Assembly (NCBI GenBank): GCA_947496065.1 | Contig: CANMBF010000001.1 | Location: forward strand, 70,018-134,017 | Length of the DNA stretch: 64,000 nucleotides | Reading direction: 5' to 3' | From: Bacteroidota bacterium | GTDB lineage: Bacteria > Bacteroidota > Bacteroidia > NS11-12g > UBA955 | Shown: positions 1-10,300 of the stretch, piece by piece | Position numbering within the stretch: the first letter of the stretch is position 1 | Layout of the letters: each line of letters starts with the position of its first letter | The notes under the pieces: model-generated | Database searches by the model: none | The model's input: the letters and a program-made list of their open reading frames with translations, nothing else | Told to the model about the DNA's origin: nothing | Translations under genes and position numbers: made by a program

Positions 1-2
1 CA

Positions 3-707
3 TCTGGACAGAGTAATACCAGCAATACATATAATAATACCAGCAATGTTGGAAACTACACTTCAACCTATTCTAATCGGTTAAGCAATTTTGGAACGAG
101 AAATAGGTTTAACTATAGCAATTATCAGCCAGTTTTATTGCCGTCACTATTTATTTTTAATAATAACGCTGGTTGGACATATGGTCTTGGGTATGGCAAT
201 CCTAGATTTGGCTATGGAAGAAGTTATTCAAGTTCTTTTTCACCTTATTTTGGCTGTTATATGCCTTTCAACGATCCTTTTTTCGCTTATGGTTGGGGTG
301 GTAATTGGATGACAATTTATAACCCATGTTATAGTTATAATCCATATATGTATAATTATGGATCTTACGGATATGGCTACTATGGTAATTATGGAAACTA
401 CAACCCATACTTTAATCATAAAAATAATTCGAATAGCAATTATAACTACAGTCGTAGAACCTATAGCAATTATCCAAATACGCAAACCAACTCTAACACT
501 GGTAATACAGGAAACACCAATAACAATTGGTGGAACAGAACGACCAACTCAAATCCTACGAATAACGGTGGAAATCCTACAGGTTCGGGCAAATGGTGGA
601 ACAGTGGTTCTCCTTCAACAGGCGGAGGAAATACCGGTGGTGGTGGCAATAGCGGCTCAGGTAGAGCAACATCTGGAAACACAGGAGGAAGTGCAAGAAG
701 AAGATAA
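3..707 (+). CDS. 5'-truncated Gly/Tyr/Asn/Ser-rich low-complexity protein (GYGYYGNYGNYNPY-type repeats, basic RRR C-terminus)
   Basis: Frame 0 is open from the window edge through 707, so the ORF-track 138..707 extends upstream. The stop is 8 bp before the next same-strand gene. Composition is extreme (G, Y, N, S, T) and no T9SS CTD is present. Alternative-frame and antisense ORFs here are artefacts of the low-complexity sequence. Confidence 0.45.
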   Translation, partial: SGQSNTSNTYNNTSNVGNYTSTYSNRLSNFGTRNRFNYSNYQPVLLPSLFIFNNNAGWTYGLGYGNPRFGYGRSYSSSFSPYFGCYMPFNDPFFAYGWGGNWMTIYNPCYSYNPYMYNYGSYGYGYYGNYGNYNPYFNHKNNSNSNYNYSRRTYSNYPNTQTNSNTGNTGNTNNNWWNRTTNSNPTNNGGNPTGSGKWWNSGSPSTGGGNTGGGGNSGSGRATSGNTGGSARRR

Positions 708-714
708 GTAACAA

Positions 715-2229
715 ATGAAACCATTAATTTTTGTTATTGCCTATCTATTAATTAATTCATTGTTTTCACAAAGTGAAGTGGATGCTATAAGATACTCTCA
801 GGAAAACATAGGCAGTACAGCCCGTTCTTTTGCGGTTGGTGGCGCTTTTGGTGCGGTAGGCGCAGATCCTAGTTGTGCCTCCATTAATCCTGCGGGAATG
901 GCCAAATACAGAAGCAGTAAATTATTTATTAGTACATCATTTTTTAATACAAAAAATAAAACCGCTTTTTTAGGCAATACGCTTACTGATAATAAATTCA
1001 ATTTTAATATCCCGAACCTTGGCTTAATTATTAATATCCCTGGAGAAGATTATAATTTAAAGAATCCAAAGGGGTTTGTTAATTTTATTATAGGTTTTAA
1101 TGTGAATAGGAAAATTAACTTTCACAATAGAACACTTTTTGAGGGCGTCAATCAGCGTAATAGCATAACACAAGATTGGGTAGAAAGAGCCAATAGAGAA
1201 GGATTAGCGCCTAATTATATGCTATCTTCTAGTATTGAACATTTAGCCTGGATAACAAGTGCCATTGATCCAGATACCTTTTCTTCGGTGCCTAAATATG
1301 TTTCTGCATATGGAAACACTCCCATTAATGTAAATCAAATTGGAACCGTTCAGAGTAAGGGTGCGCTTAATGATTATAATTTATCAATAGCCGCGAATTA
1401 TCGACATTTGATTCAAGGTGGTATTGCTTTGGGCTTTAAAAGTGTTCGTTATTTAGAGTCCTATAGTTTTATTGAGCGAGATTTGAAAACAGGTTCAATA
1501 AAGGATATAAAAAGTATGACCCTTGATAAAGATTTTTCGACCAAGGGAAGGGGAATGAATGCAAAAATTGGCATACTAGTTAGTCTAAGTGAGTATTTTA
1601 GATTTGGAATTGCATACCATTCACCAACGGTTTACAATTTGGTTGATTCTTATGCTTATACTATTAATGCCATTTATGATTATGGTGCCAGAGATGTATA
1701 TAATAATGATAGGCTTAATAAAATAGCTACTACCAATCCTACCATTTATCGTTATAAAATCACCACACCATCGAGACAGGTATTTAGTGCCGCTATGCTT
1801 AACAAAAATATAGGATTCGTTTCAATAGATTTAGAATTTGTAAATTATGCCGGTGCTAGTTTATGGGCTAAGGATTATAAATTTATTAATGAAAACGCCG
1901 ACATAAAAAAAAGATACAACAATGTATTAAACTTAAGAATGGGTGCTGAACTAATTAAAGATAATTATAGATTTAGGGCTGGTTATGCACGCTATCCTAG
2001 TGCACATAACAGCGCTTTTGTTACAGATATAAAAAGCCTTGTTAATAACATTTATACCATTGGTTTTGGTATCAAAACAGAATCTTATTCATTTGATATT
2101 GCCTATGTAAATAGCGGATTTACCACTAATTATTCGCCATATGAATTGACTAATAAACAACAGCCAATTGCAAGCAATATTGTTAGAACATCAAATCTTA
2201 TTTTAACAGTAGGATTTAATATCGATTAG
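715..2229 (+). CDS. FadL/PorV-like outer-membrane beta-barrel protein (signal peptide; N-terminal ARSFAVGGAFGA..DPS...NPAG motif)
   Basis: Signal peptide MKPLIFVIAYLLINSLFSQ. The N-terminal motif G-S-x-A-R-S-x-A-x-G-G-A ... D-x-S ... N-P-A-G is characteristic of the FadL/TodX/OMPP1 (PorV-like) plug region. The protein is aromatic-rich and beta-strand-like, and ends in a C-terminal F-x-I-D-like barrel terminus. Confidence 0.55.
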   Translation: MKPLIFVIAYLLINSLFSQSEVDAIRYSQENIGSTARSFAVGGAFGAVGADPSCASINPAGMAKYRSSKLFISTSFFNTKNKTAFLGNTLTDNKFNFNIPNLGLIINIPGEDYNLKNPKGFVNFIIGFNVNRKINFHNRTLFEGVNQRNSITQDWVERANREGLAPNYMLSSSIEHLAWITSAIDPDTFSSVPKYVSAYGNTPINVNQIGTVQSKGALNDYNLSIAANYRHLIQGGIALGFKSVRYLESYSFIERDLKTGSIKDIKSMTLDKDFSTKGRGMNAKIGILVSLSEYFRFGIAYHSPTVYNLVDSYAYTINAIYDYGARDVYNNDRLNKIATTNPTIYRYKITTPSRQVFSAAMLNKNIGFVSIDLEFVNYAGASLWAKDYKFINENADIKKRYNNVLNLRMGAELIKDNYRFRAGYARYPSAHNSAFVTDIKSLVNNIYTIGFGIKTESYSFDIAYVNSGFTTNYSPYELTNKQQPIASNIVRTSNLILTVGFNID

Positions 2230-2244
2230 AATTTTAAGTTCAAT

Positions 2245-2278
2245 AAAAAAGGGCCTATTGGCCCTTTTATTTTTATAT
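2245..2278. terminator. Bidirectional rho-independent terminator between convergent genes (AAAAAAGGGCC-tatt-GGCCCTTTTATTTT)
   Basis: A perfect 5-bp GC stem with a 4-nt loop, flanked by an A-run and a T-run. It lies between the 3' ends of the 715..2229 (+) and 2290..2976 (-) genes. Confidence 0.6.
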
Positions 2279-2289
2279 CTCTAAAATAG

Positions 2290-2976
2290 TTATTCTATAA
2301 TTAATTTGGAGCTAGAAATTCCGTTGCCATCAATTATATTAACGCAATATACACCAATCTTTAACGAAGAAATATCTATTGGATTACCATTTTCGAAACT
2401 ACCAGACAGTATTGTTTCTCCTAAAAGATTTACGATACGATAGTCTCCAAAATTAGTTGAAGCAGAATTTATCACTACAGACCCTCTGCTTGGGTTGGGG
2501 AACAATGAGAAATCAGCTTTTTTTAAGGTATTGATATTTAAACCATAACCTTGCGCATTTATATAAATATCTGTGTATTTTGATTGGCTTGATTTTTTAG
2601 CAAATCTTATCACCATTTGACCAATTCCTTTATCGCTTTTAGGATAAAAATGAAAAGAAAGGATTCTAACAGCGCCGGGGTCGATAATAAATTCAGCTGT
2701 ATTGGTAGTTGGACTATAGCATGTAACAATATCACAAACAGCAGAAGTCCAATTGGCGGTAGGTAATGCATTTACATTTCTATACCAAACAATGGTATCA
2801 GGCAAACTGCCGGTGTTTCTTATTTTTGTTTCGGCCACCAGTTCGGCATAACCATTTGGGGTAGAGGCTACGTATCCTGCAGCATAAAGTGTGTCATCAT
2901 CATAGATAACTTGTGCGTTGATGCTTGCATTCAATCCAAAAGCGCATAAAACAGTGAGGGTAATATTTTTTAACAT
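2290..2976 (-). CDS. Small secreted protein with a T9SS C-terminal sorting domain
   Basis: N-terminal signal peptide. The C-terminal ~80 aa (LFPNPSRGSVVIN...KIGVYCVNIIDGNGISSSKLIIE) match the Por/T9SS CTD pattern. Confidence 0.6.
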   Translation of the reverse strand: MLKNITLTVLCAFGLNASINAQVIYDDDTLYAAGYVASTPNGYAELVAETKIRNTGSLPDTIVWYRNVNALPTANWTSAVCDIVTCYSPTTNTAEFIIDPGAVRILSFHFYPKSDKGIGQMVIRFAKKSSQSKYTDIYINAQGYGLNINTLKKADFSLFPNPSRGSVVINSASTNFGDYRIVNLLGETILSGSFENGNPIDISSLKIGVYCVNIIDGNGISSSKLIIE

Positions 2977-3024
2977 GGATACAAAGTTAAATAATAAAAC
3001 CGAAAAAAAGCAAATTTAATGGCG

Positions 3025-3894
3025 TTAAAGCTTTATCTTAAAGCTTATATCTAAACTTTTAACTGAATGAGTAAGCATTCCCAAAGATATAAAATCAACA
3101 CCTGATTTGGCATAATCTTCAATATTATCCAATGTAATGCCACCCGAGGCTTCCGTTTCGCATTGCTTATTAATTAAAGCAACGGCCTCTTTTGCTGTTT
3201 CAGGTGTAAAGTTATCTAGCATAATTCTCTGAAAAGGCAATTGTGTTAAAGCTTCTTTTACCTCTGATAAAGACCTAGTTTCAATCTCAATTCCAAGGGT
3301 TAGATTATTTTCTATTAAATAAGATTTTGCCTTATGAAGGGCATTAACAATGCCACCGGCCACATCCACATGGTTGTCTTTTAGCATGATCATATCATAT
3401 AAACCAATTCTATGATTTTGGCCTCCTCCAACCGTAACCGCCCATTTTTCTAATATCCTTAAATTTGGAGTTGTTTTTCTAGTATCCAAAACTTTAGTCG
3501 GATAATTTTTTATTTTTTCAGCGGCAATATGGGCTATCGTAGCAATTCCACTTAGTCGTTGCATGATATTGAGTAAAAGACGCTCACTTTTGAGCAGGCC
3601 ATGCGCATTTCCGGTGACTACGAATCCAATATCACCATGTTTTACAATATCACCATCGTGTATTAGGGCATTAATTTGGCAACTACTATCATTCAATTTA
3701 AGAATGGTATAAGCAATATTTATTCCAGCCGCAACGCCATTGTCTTTAAATATTAATTTAGCTGATGCAATTCTATCTTTTTCAATTGAAGAAAGCGAAG
3801 AGTGGTCGCCTGTTCCAATGTCTTCAGACAATGCTCTTTTAATAATATCTAATACCTCGGGATGGTGGCTGATATCAGCGATATTTTGCAACAT
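3025..3894 (-). CDS. nadC: Nicotinate-nucleotide pyrophosphorylase (quinolinate phosphoribosyltransferase)
   Basis: 289 aa. Motifs LDTRKTTPNLR, GGGQNHRIGLYD and MLDNF are typical of the NadC/ModD family. Confidence 0.85.
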   Translation of the reverse strand: MLQNIADISHHPEVLDIIKRALSEDIGTGDHSSLSSIEKDRIASAKLIFKDNGVAAGINIAYTILKLNDSSCQINALIHDGDIVKHGDIGFVVTGNAHGLLKSERLLLNIMQRLSGIATIAHIAAEKIKNYPTKVLDTRKTTPNLRILEKWAVTVGGGQNHRIGLYDMIMLKDNHVDVAGGIVNALHKAKSYLIENNLTLGIEIETRSLSEVKEALTQLPFQRIMLDNFTPETAKEAVALINKQCETEASGGITLDNIEDYAKSGVDFISLGMLTHSVKSLDISFKIKL

Positions 3895-3965
3895 AATTCA
3901 AGCTGCAAATTTACGATAAGTTATGATTTAATTGTTAAGTGAAAGAAGTTGCTTTAAAATGGGAA

Positions 3966-4337
3966 TTATTGAATTTTGAATTCATTAATTACAAAACCTG
4001 AATTTCCTGTATTTGCAACTATTGTAACCCGATAGTTCCCATTTTTTGTTACTAGGTCAAAAATTAACATGGTTGATTGACTACCATTGGTTTCGTGGCT
4101 TAGGGTAGCTTTTGATGGCGTATTAGTTTTGAAAAAATTATCAAGTACAATTTTAGCTTGATCTTTTGCATACACATTAGAAGTAGAGGGCATCACCAAT
4201 TCTATGCTTGAATTGAACATAGCAGCAAGTTCAGCAGTATTCCCGCTTTGAAGCGCAGAAGCAATCTTATCGCCATTACCTGCATACGTAAACGTTGCAA
4301 GAAAAGACACAAAGGCAAGTATAAATGATTTTAGCAT
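3966..4337 (-). CDS. Small secreted protein (DUF4783-like)
   Basis: 123 aa with a signal peptide and a lipocalin-like small-domain composition. The family assignment is from memory only. Confidence 0.4.
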   Translation of the reverse strand: MLKSFILAFVSFLATFTYAGNGDKIASALQSGNTAELAAMFNSSIELVMPSTSNVYAKDQAKIVLDNFFKTNTPSKATLSHETNGSQSTMLIFDLVTKNGNYRVTIVANTGNSGFVINEFKIQ

Positions 4338-4373
4338 AACATAAGTTTTGCATAAATCGTGCCAATTGAAATT

Positions 4374-5390
4374 CTAACACACCTCCCAAAAAGACTTTGT
4401 CATTAGTAATGCATTGAAAGATAGTTTTTTATCTTTAATATTTACAGCAGTTATTTGTTCCTTTATGCCATTTTCAAGGGTTGCTTTTGTGTTATCACAA
4501 TAGATGATTCCGAAGGGGCGAGGAAGTAAATTATTATCAAAAAACTGTGTTAGAATAAAGGCTTTGGTTTTATCGTTTTCATCGTGCACCATACATTCAT
4601 CTATAGAATGTTGTTCGAGATCAATAACGTCTGGTTGAAGGCCAATTAATTTAATACCTTTTTTGCCGCTATCAAAAGTTAATGGTTTTTCGTGTTCAAG
4701 ATAAATGCCATTAATTAACTTTAAGTCTTTATCAGTGAAAACATCAAAGGCATGGTCATTAAAAACATTGCAATTTTGATAAATTTCAACCATTGAAGTG
4801 CCTTTGTGGGTATAAGCGCGTTTATATATTTCTTGCTGGTGTTTGGCGTCCTTGTCCAATGTTCTGGCAATAAAGGTGGCATTTGCGCCTAGGCATAAAG
4901 CAAGTGGATTAAATGGCAAATCAACACTACCAAAAGGCGTTGATTTTGTTATTTTTCCAACCTCACTTGTAGGTGAATATTGTCCCTTCGTTAAACCATA
5001 TATTTGGTTGTTGAATAGTAAAATGTTTAAATCAGGATTTCTTCTAAGTGTATGAATAAGGTGATTGCCACCAATACTTAATGCATCACCATCGCCAGTG
5101 ATGACCCAAACACTGAGTTCAGGCCTAGTAATCTTAAGACCTGTTGCCACTGCAGTTGCTCTACCATGAATAGAATGCATTCCATAGGTATTCACGTAAT
5201 AGGGAAAGCGCGATGAGCAACCAATACCAGAGATAAAAACAAATTCATGTTTTGGCTGTCCTAAATCAGGTAATATTTTTTTTACACTGTTAAGAATTGC
5301 ATAATCACCACAACCAGGACACCATCTTACTTCTTGGTTGGTTTCAAGATCTTTAGATGTAAAAATATCAATTGAATCTGAATTATGCAT
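4374..5390 (-). CDS. korB: 2-oxoglutarate/2-oxoacid:ferredoxin oxidoreductase beta subunit (TPP-binding)
   Basis: CPGCGDY Cys motif and a GDG thiamine-diphosphate binding region. It overlaps the upstream alpha subunit by 8 bp. Confidence 0.85.
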   Translation of the reverse strand: MHNSDSIDIFTSKDLETNQEVRWCPGCGDYAILNSVKKILPDLGQPKHEFVFISGIGCSSRFPYYVNTYGMHSIHGRATAVATGLKITRPELSVWVITGDGDALSIGGNHLIHTLRRNPDLNILLFNNQIYGLTKGQYSPTSEVGKITKSTPFGSVDLPFNPLALCLGANATFIARTLDKDAKHQQEIYKRAYTHKGTSMVEIYQNCNVFNDHAFDVFTDKDLKLINGIYLEHEKPLTFDSGKKGIKLIGLQPDVIDLEQHSIDECMVHDENDKTKAFILTQFFDNNLLPRPFGIIYCDNTKATLENGIKEQITAVNIKDKKLSFNALLMTKSFWEVC

Positions 5391-7233
5391 GGTTAATCTG
5401 TTTTAAAATGGCGTCTTTAATTTCTTTTACCATAAATGGTTGTCCTTGTATTTTATTGATACCAATAGCATCTTTTAAATATTTATCACGTATGACGCGT
5501 ATCAATTGGCCATTGTTTAATTCTGCGACCATAACTTTGTTGAAAGGTTTGATTAAATCTCCAATATTGAGGGGCATTGGGTTAATGTATTTTAAATGAA
5601 TGTGAGCAATGGAATGACCCTCTAAAATTAACTCATTAACAGCAGCGCTGATGGAGCCAAAAGTACTACCCCATCCAATGATTAATAGCTCTGACATCTC
5701 ATTTCCATTTTCAAATTTTTGAAGTGGTAAAACTTCGGCAACGCGTTCAACTTTTTCTGCCCTTAATTTCACCATCAACTCGTGGTTTTCTGGCTCGTAA
5801 CTAATGTTACCAGAAATATTTTCTTTTTCTAATCCACCAATTCTATGTTCGAAATTTTTGGTACCTGGAACTGCAATATTTCTTGACAAATTAGCATTTC
5901 TTAGGTAAGGCTGATAAGTGTTTAATTCTTCACTATTGGTAATGAAATTTGATTGAATTGTAGGCAAATGCTCAATTGTTTTTATTTTCCAAGGTTCGGC
6001 ACCATTGGCAATAAAGCCATCGCTAAGAATCATTACAGGCACCGTATGTTCTAATGCAATTTTAATAGCAGTATAGGCCATTTCATAGCAATCTGAATGA
6101 GTCGAGGGAGCAATAACAACCAATGGACATTCGCCATTCCTGCCATAAAGCGCTTGCATTAAATCTGCTTGTTCTGTTTTTGTTGGTAAGCCTGTTGATG
6201 GCCCACCGCGTTGAACATTACAGATAACAAGCGGCAGTTCTAGCATGGTAGCTAAGCCTATTGCTTCGGCCTTAAGTGCAATACCAGGCCCAGAGCTCGT
6301 TGTTAAGCCAATAGAACCACCATAAGAGGCGCCAATTGCAGCGCTCACACCAGCAATTTCATCCTCTGCTTGGAATGAGATAACACCATATCCTTTGTGT
6401 TTTGATAATTCATGCAGAATATCAGAAGCGGGTGTTATGGGATAAGTTCCTAAAAACAGGGGTAATTCAGCATTAATAGAAGCGGCTAAAAAGCCCATTG
6501 CCATGGCTTGATTACCATTTATACTTCTATATAAACCAGGCTTGGTTTCAGCTTTATCAACTTCGTATTGATAAGCAAAAGTTTCTGTTGTCTCTCCAAA
6601 GTTATAACCTGCTTTTAAGGCTATAACATTGGCGTTTGCAACCGATGGATCTTTCTTAAAATGCTGCTCAATAAATTGCGTTGTTTTGTCTAAAGAACGG
6701 TGGTAAAGCCAGTAAACCAAACCCAGTACAAACATGTTTTTGCAACGTTCTGATTCTTTGTTTCCTAGATTATATGGAGCTACTGCAATTTTGGTAAGCT
6801 TTGTGATATCAATTTTATGAACTTGAAAATTATTTAGACTGTCGTTTTCAAGTGGATTCTCTGTTTCTTCAATATTTGCTAAGCGCAAGTTTTTGTTATC
6901 AAAACCACTTACATTGGCAATTATAATTCCATTTGGTTTTAAGAATTTTAGATTAGTCTTCAGTGCAGCGGCATTTAAAGCCACTAAAACGTCATATTCA
7001 TCTCCTGGTGTAAAAATATGGGCATCCCCAAAATGCAATTGGAATCCGGAAACGCCAGGAACGGTTCCTAGTGGTGCTCTGATTTCAGCAGGAAAATCAG
7101 GGAAAGTGGCAATATCATTGCCAAATAAGGCAGTAGTTTCGGCAAATTGATTCCCTGTTAATTGAATACCGTCGCCACTATCACCAGCGAATTTTATGAC
7201 GACATCACGTAGTTGTTTCTTTGAATTATTCAC
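5383..7233 (-). CDS. korA: 2-oxoglutarate/2-oxoacid:ferredoxin oxidoreductase alpha subunit
   Basis: 616 aa with the KorA/PorA domain organisation, translationally coupled to korB. Confidence 0.85.
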   Translation of the reverse strand: MNNSKKQLRDVVIKFAGDSGDGIQLTGNQFAETTALFGNDIATFPDFPAEIRAPLGTVPGVSGFQLHFGDAHIFTPGDEYDVLVALNAAALKTNLKFLKPNGIIIANVSGFDNKNLRLANIEETENPLENDSLNNFQVHKIDITKLTKIAVAPYNLGNKESERCKNMFVLGLVYWLYHRSLDKTTQFIEQHFKKDPSVANANVIALKAGYNFGETTETFAYQYEVDKAETKPGLYRSINGNQAMAMGFLAASINAELPLFLGTYPITPASDILHELSKHKGYGVISFQAEDEIAGVSAAIGASYGGSIGLTTSSGPGIALKAEAIGLATMLELPLVICNVQRGGPSTGLPTKTEQADLMQALYGRNGECPLVVIAPSTHSDCYEMAYTAIKIALEHTVPVMILSDGFIANGAEPWKIKTIEHLPTIQSNFITNSEELNTYQPYLRNANLSRNIAVPGTKNFEHRIGGLEKENISGNISYEPENHELMVKLRAEKVERVAEVLPLQKFENGNEMSELLIIGWGSTFGSISAAVNELILEGHSIAHIHLKYINPMPLNIGDLIKPFNKVMVAELNNGQLIRVIRDKYLKDAIGINKIQGQPFMVKEIKDAILKQINHA

Positions 7234-7381
7234 TATAATATTTCGACTGCAAAGTAAAGCTAAAATTTAAGTTTAAAATATGGATAATACTTATGAAGTG
7301 ATAAGCGTCACATTTTCGTCAAAATTTATTAAAAAACACAATTAATTTACTTTAACTTTGTTAATTGTATTTATTTGAAGC

Positions 7382-10300
7382 ATGTCTGTTCAATTTGAAC
7401 TATTAAAACAAAAATTAGATGAATTTATTCGGAAGTTTTATTTGAATAGGTTGCTGCAAGGGTTTTTATTAACGCTTGGAGGCTTGGTTGGTGTATTTTT
7501 ACTTGCCGCAATCATTGAATATTTTGGTCATTTGGGCACCTTTTCTAGGGCGTTTTTGTTGTATGGTTATATCTTATTTGCAATTGTGATTCTTGTTAAA
7601 TATGTAACAATTCCCTTATTGAAATGGTTCCTGATTGGCAAAACAATTTCATATGAGAAAGCATCTGTTTTGATTGGTGCGCATTTTCCAGAAATTAAGG
7701 ACAAACTATTAAACACGCTTCAGCTTCAACAACAAGCTAGTGTGTCAGACAATGAATTACTATTGGCTAGCATTGAACAAAGAACAAAAAATTTAAATCC
7801 ATTCAGTTTCAGTGCGGCAATCGATATTAGGTCTTCTTTTAAAAAATACAGTGGGTATGCTTTCATTCCGATAGTTTTATTAGGGATAATACTAATTTTT
7901 CAAAGCAGTATGATTACAAAATCTACTGAGAGGATATTGAGTTATAACAAGCAATTTGCGAGAGAGGCGCCCTTTCAATTTGAGTTACAAAATAATAATT
8001 TAAATGTTCTAAGAAACTCAGATATAACAATTACAATTAAAACAGTAGGCAAAAACTTGCCAGCACAGGTATTTATTAATTTAGATAATCACTTAATTAA
8101 AATGGAGTCTAGTGGTAAAAATGAGTTTTCTTATCAAATGCAAAACTTAACCATCGGCCATCAATTTTATTTTACCGATGGCGACTATACTTCTAACAGT
8201 TACGAATTAAGTGTATTGCCAAATCCTATTTTAATGAATTTTAAAATAAATTTGACCTACCCCATTTACACAGGGAAACCTAAGGAAATCCTCCATAATA
8301 CGGGTGATTTAACCCTTCCTAAAGGCACAAATGTTGAATGGGAATTTAACACAAAGGATGCGGAAATATTACAATTTAGTTTAAATCAAACAAACCTTCA
8401 GCCAATTAAATTAGGTAATATTTTCAAGGTTTCGCAAACCATTAAAGCCAATGCGAATTATTTTTTACAACTCTCAAATCAATTTATTGCATCGAAGGAT
8501 ACTTTAAAGTATAATATTCAGATGATTGAAGATAGATTTCCAGGAATAGTTGCAGAACAAAAACAGGATTCTATTAATCCATTCATCTATTATTTTTACG
8601 GCAAAGCTGACGATGACTATGGTCTTAGTAAATTGCAGTTTGTATACAAAAACGCTAGCACCAATAACATTAATAAGATCTTTCCGGTTATAATAGGCAA
8701 ATCAACAGATGAAATATTTTACTACATGGTAGATTTAAGTAAGTTGATAGAAAATGATGGTGATATTCTTGAATATTATTTTGAGGTTTGGGATAATGAT
8801 GGTGTAAACGGTAAAAAATCTTCTAAATCACCGGTATTTAAAACAATATCTCCAAGTAAAGAGCAACTAAAAGCCGATGCTGAGAGCAGCAGTAACTCCA
8901 TCAAACAAAAAATGAAGGAGGCAATGCAAGAAAGCATAAGTCTTCAAAAAAGAACACAAGATCTGAACAAAGATTTAATGGAAAATAATACCTTGGACTG
9001 GCGTCAACAAGAAAAGATCAAGGACTTCATAAAAGATCAAAAAAAGTTGGAGAATAAAATTGATCAACTTAAAAACGAGCAAAAAGCCAAAAATGAAAAG
9101 GAGAATCAATTAAATCCAAAGGAGGAAGACCTATTAAAAAAACAAAAAGAGCTAGATAAACTTTTTAATGAATTGTTGACCCCAGAAATGAAGGAAATGC
9201 TGAAAAAGCTGGAAGATTTATTAAAACAACAAAACAAGGATGGTATTCAACAACAGATGGAAAAAATGAAGTTGAACAACGAGGACATGCAAAAACAACT
9301 GGACCGCACATTGGAGCAGTTTAAAGCTTTAGAGTTGGAGAAAAAAATGGATGATCAAATCAAAGCTTTAAATGATTTAGCAGAGAAACAAGCTGATTTA
9401 GCAGAGAAAACAAAGGATAAATCTGAATCGCAAGAAGCGCTTAAAAAACAACAAGAGGAGATTAATAAGCAATTTGATGATTTAAAAAAAGAGCAAGAAA
9501 ATATTGAGAAAAAAAATGATGAGTTAGAATCGCCAATGACCTTAGATGATATGCAACAAGAAGAATCAGAGGTTGATAAAAACATGGACGAGAGTCAGCA
9601 GAATTTAGATAAAAAGCAAAATAAAAAGGCTTCAGAAAATCAGAAAAAGGCTGCCGATAAAATGAAAGAAATGGCGAGTAAGATGGAAAAGAACAAGCAG
9701 CAACAAGAAGAGGAGAAGGCTGCTGAGGATTATTTTACATTAAGACAAATATTAGAAAACTTAATTGAGTTAAGTTACCAGCAAGAAGGTTTAATGGGCC
9801 AAATGAAAGAGACCAAGAGTTACAATCCGAAGTTTGTGGAACTAAGTGCAAAACAAAGAAAACTTAAAGGTGATGCAAAAATGGTTGAAGACTCTTTACT
9901 TGCTTTAAGTAAAAGACAAATACAAATAAAGAGTTTTGTAAATAAAGAAATTTCAGGCATCAATAACAATATGGAAAAAGCCATCACTAGTTTTAGTAAA
10001 ATAGAAATTATGAGTGGCTTGGTTCAACAACAATATGTTATGACTGGTTTGAATAATTTATCAGTAATGCTCAGTGAATCATTAAAAAAGATGCAGGAGC
10101 AAATGAATGAGAATAAAGACAAAAAACAGGGTGAGGGCCAGTGTAATAATCCAGGAGGCAAAAAACCGAAGCCTGGTGCAGGTAAACCAAGCAATGGCAA
10201 ACCAAAAATGGGGGGCGATGGCTTAAAGAAAATGCAGGAAGGAATTGCCAAACAGTTGCAAGATATGAAGAACGGAAAGGAGCAAGGTAAAAATCCAACA

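Noticed and set aside
240-724. ORFs 240..485 (-), 358..711 (+) and 470..724 (-) overlapping the Gly/Tyr-rich gene
   Set aside because: They are low-complexity frame and antisense artefacts. Only frame 0 is open from the window edge through 707, and it sits 8 bp before the next same-strand gene.
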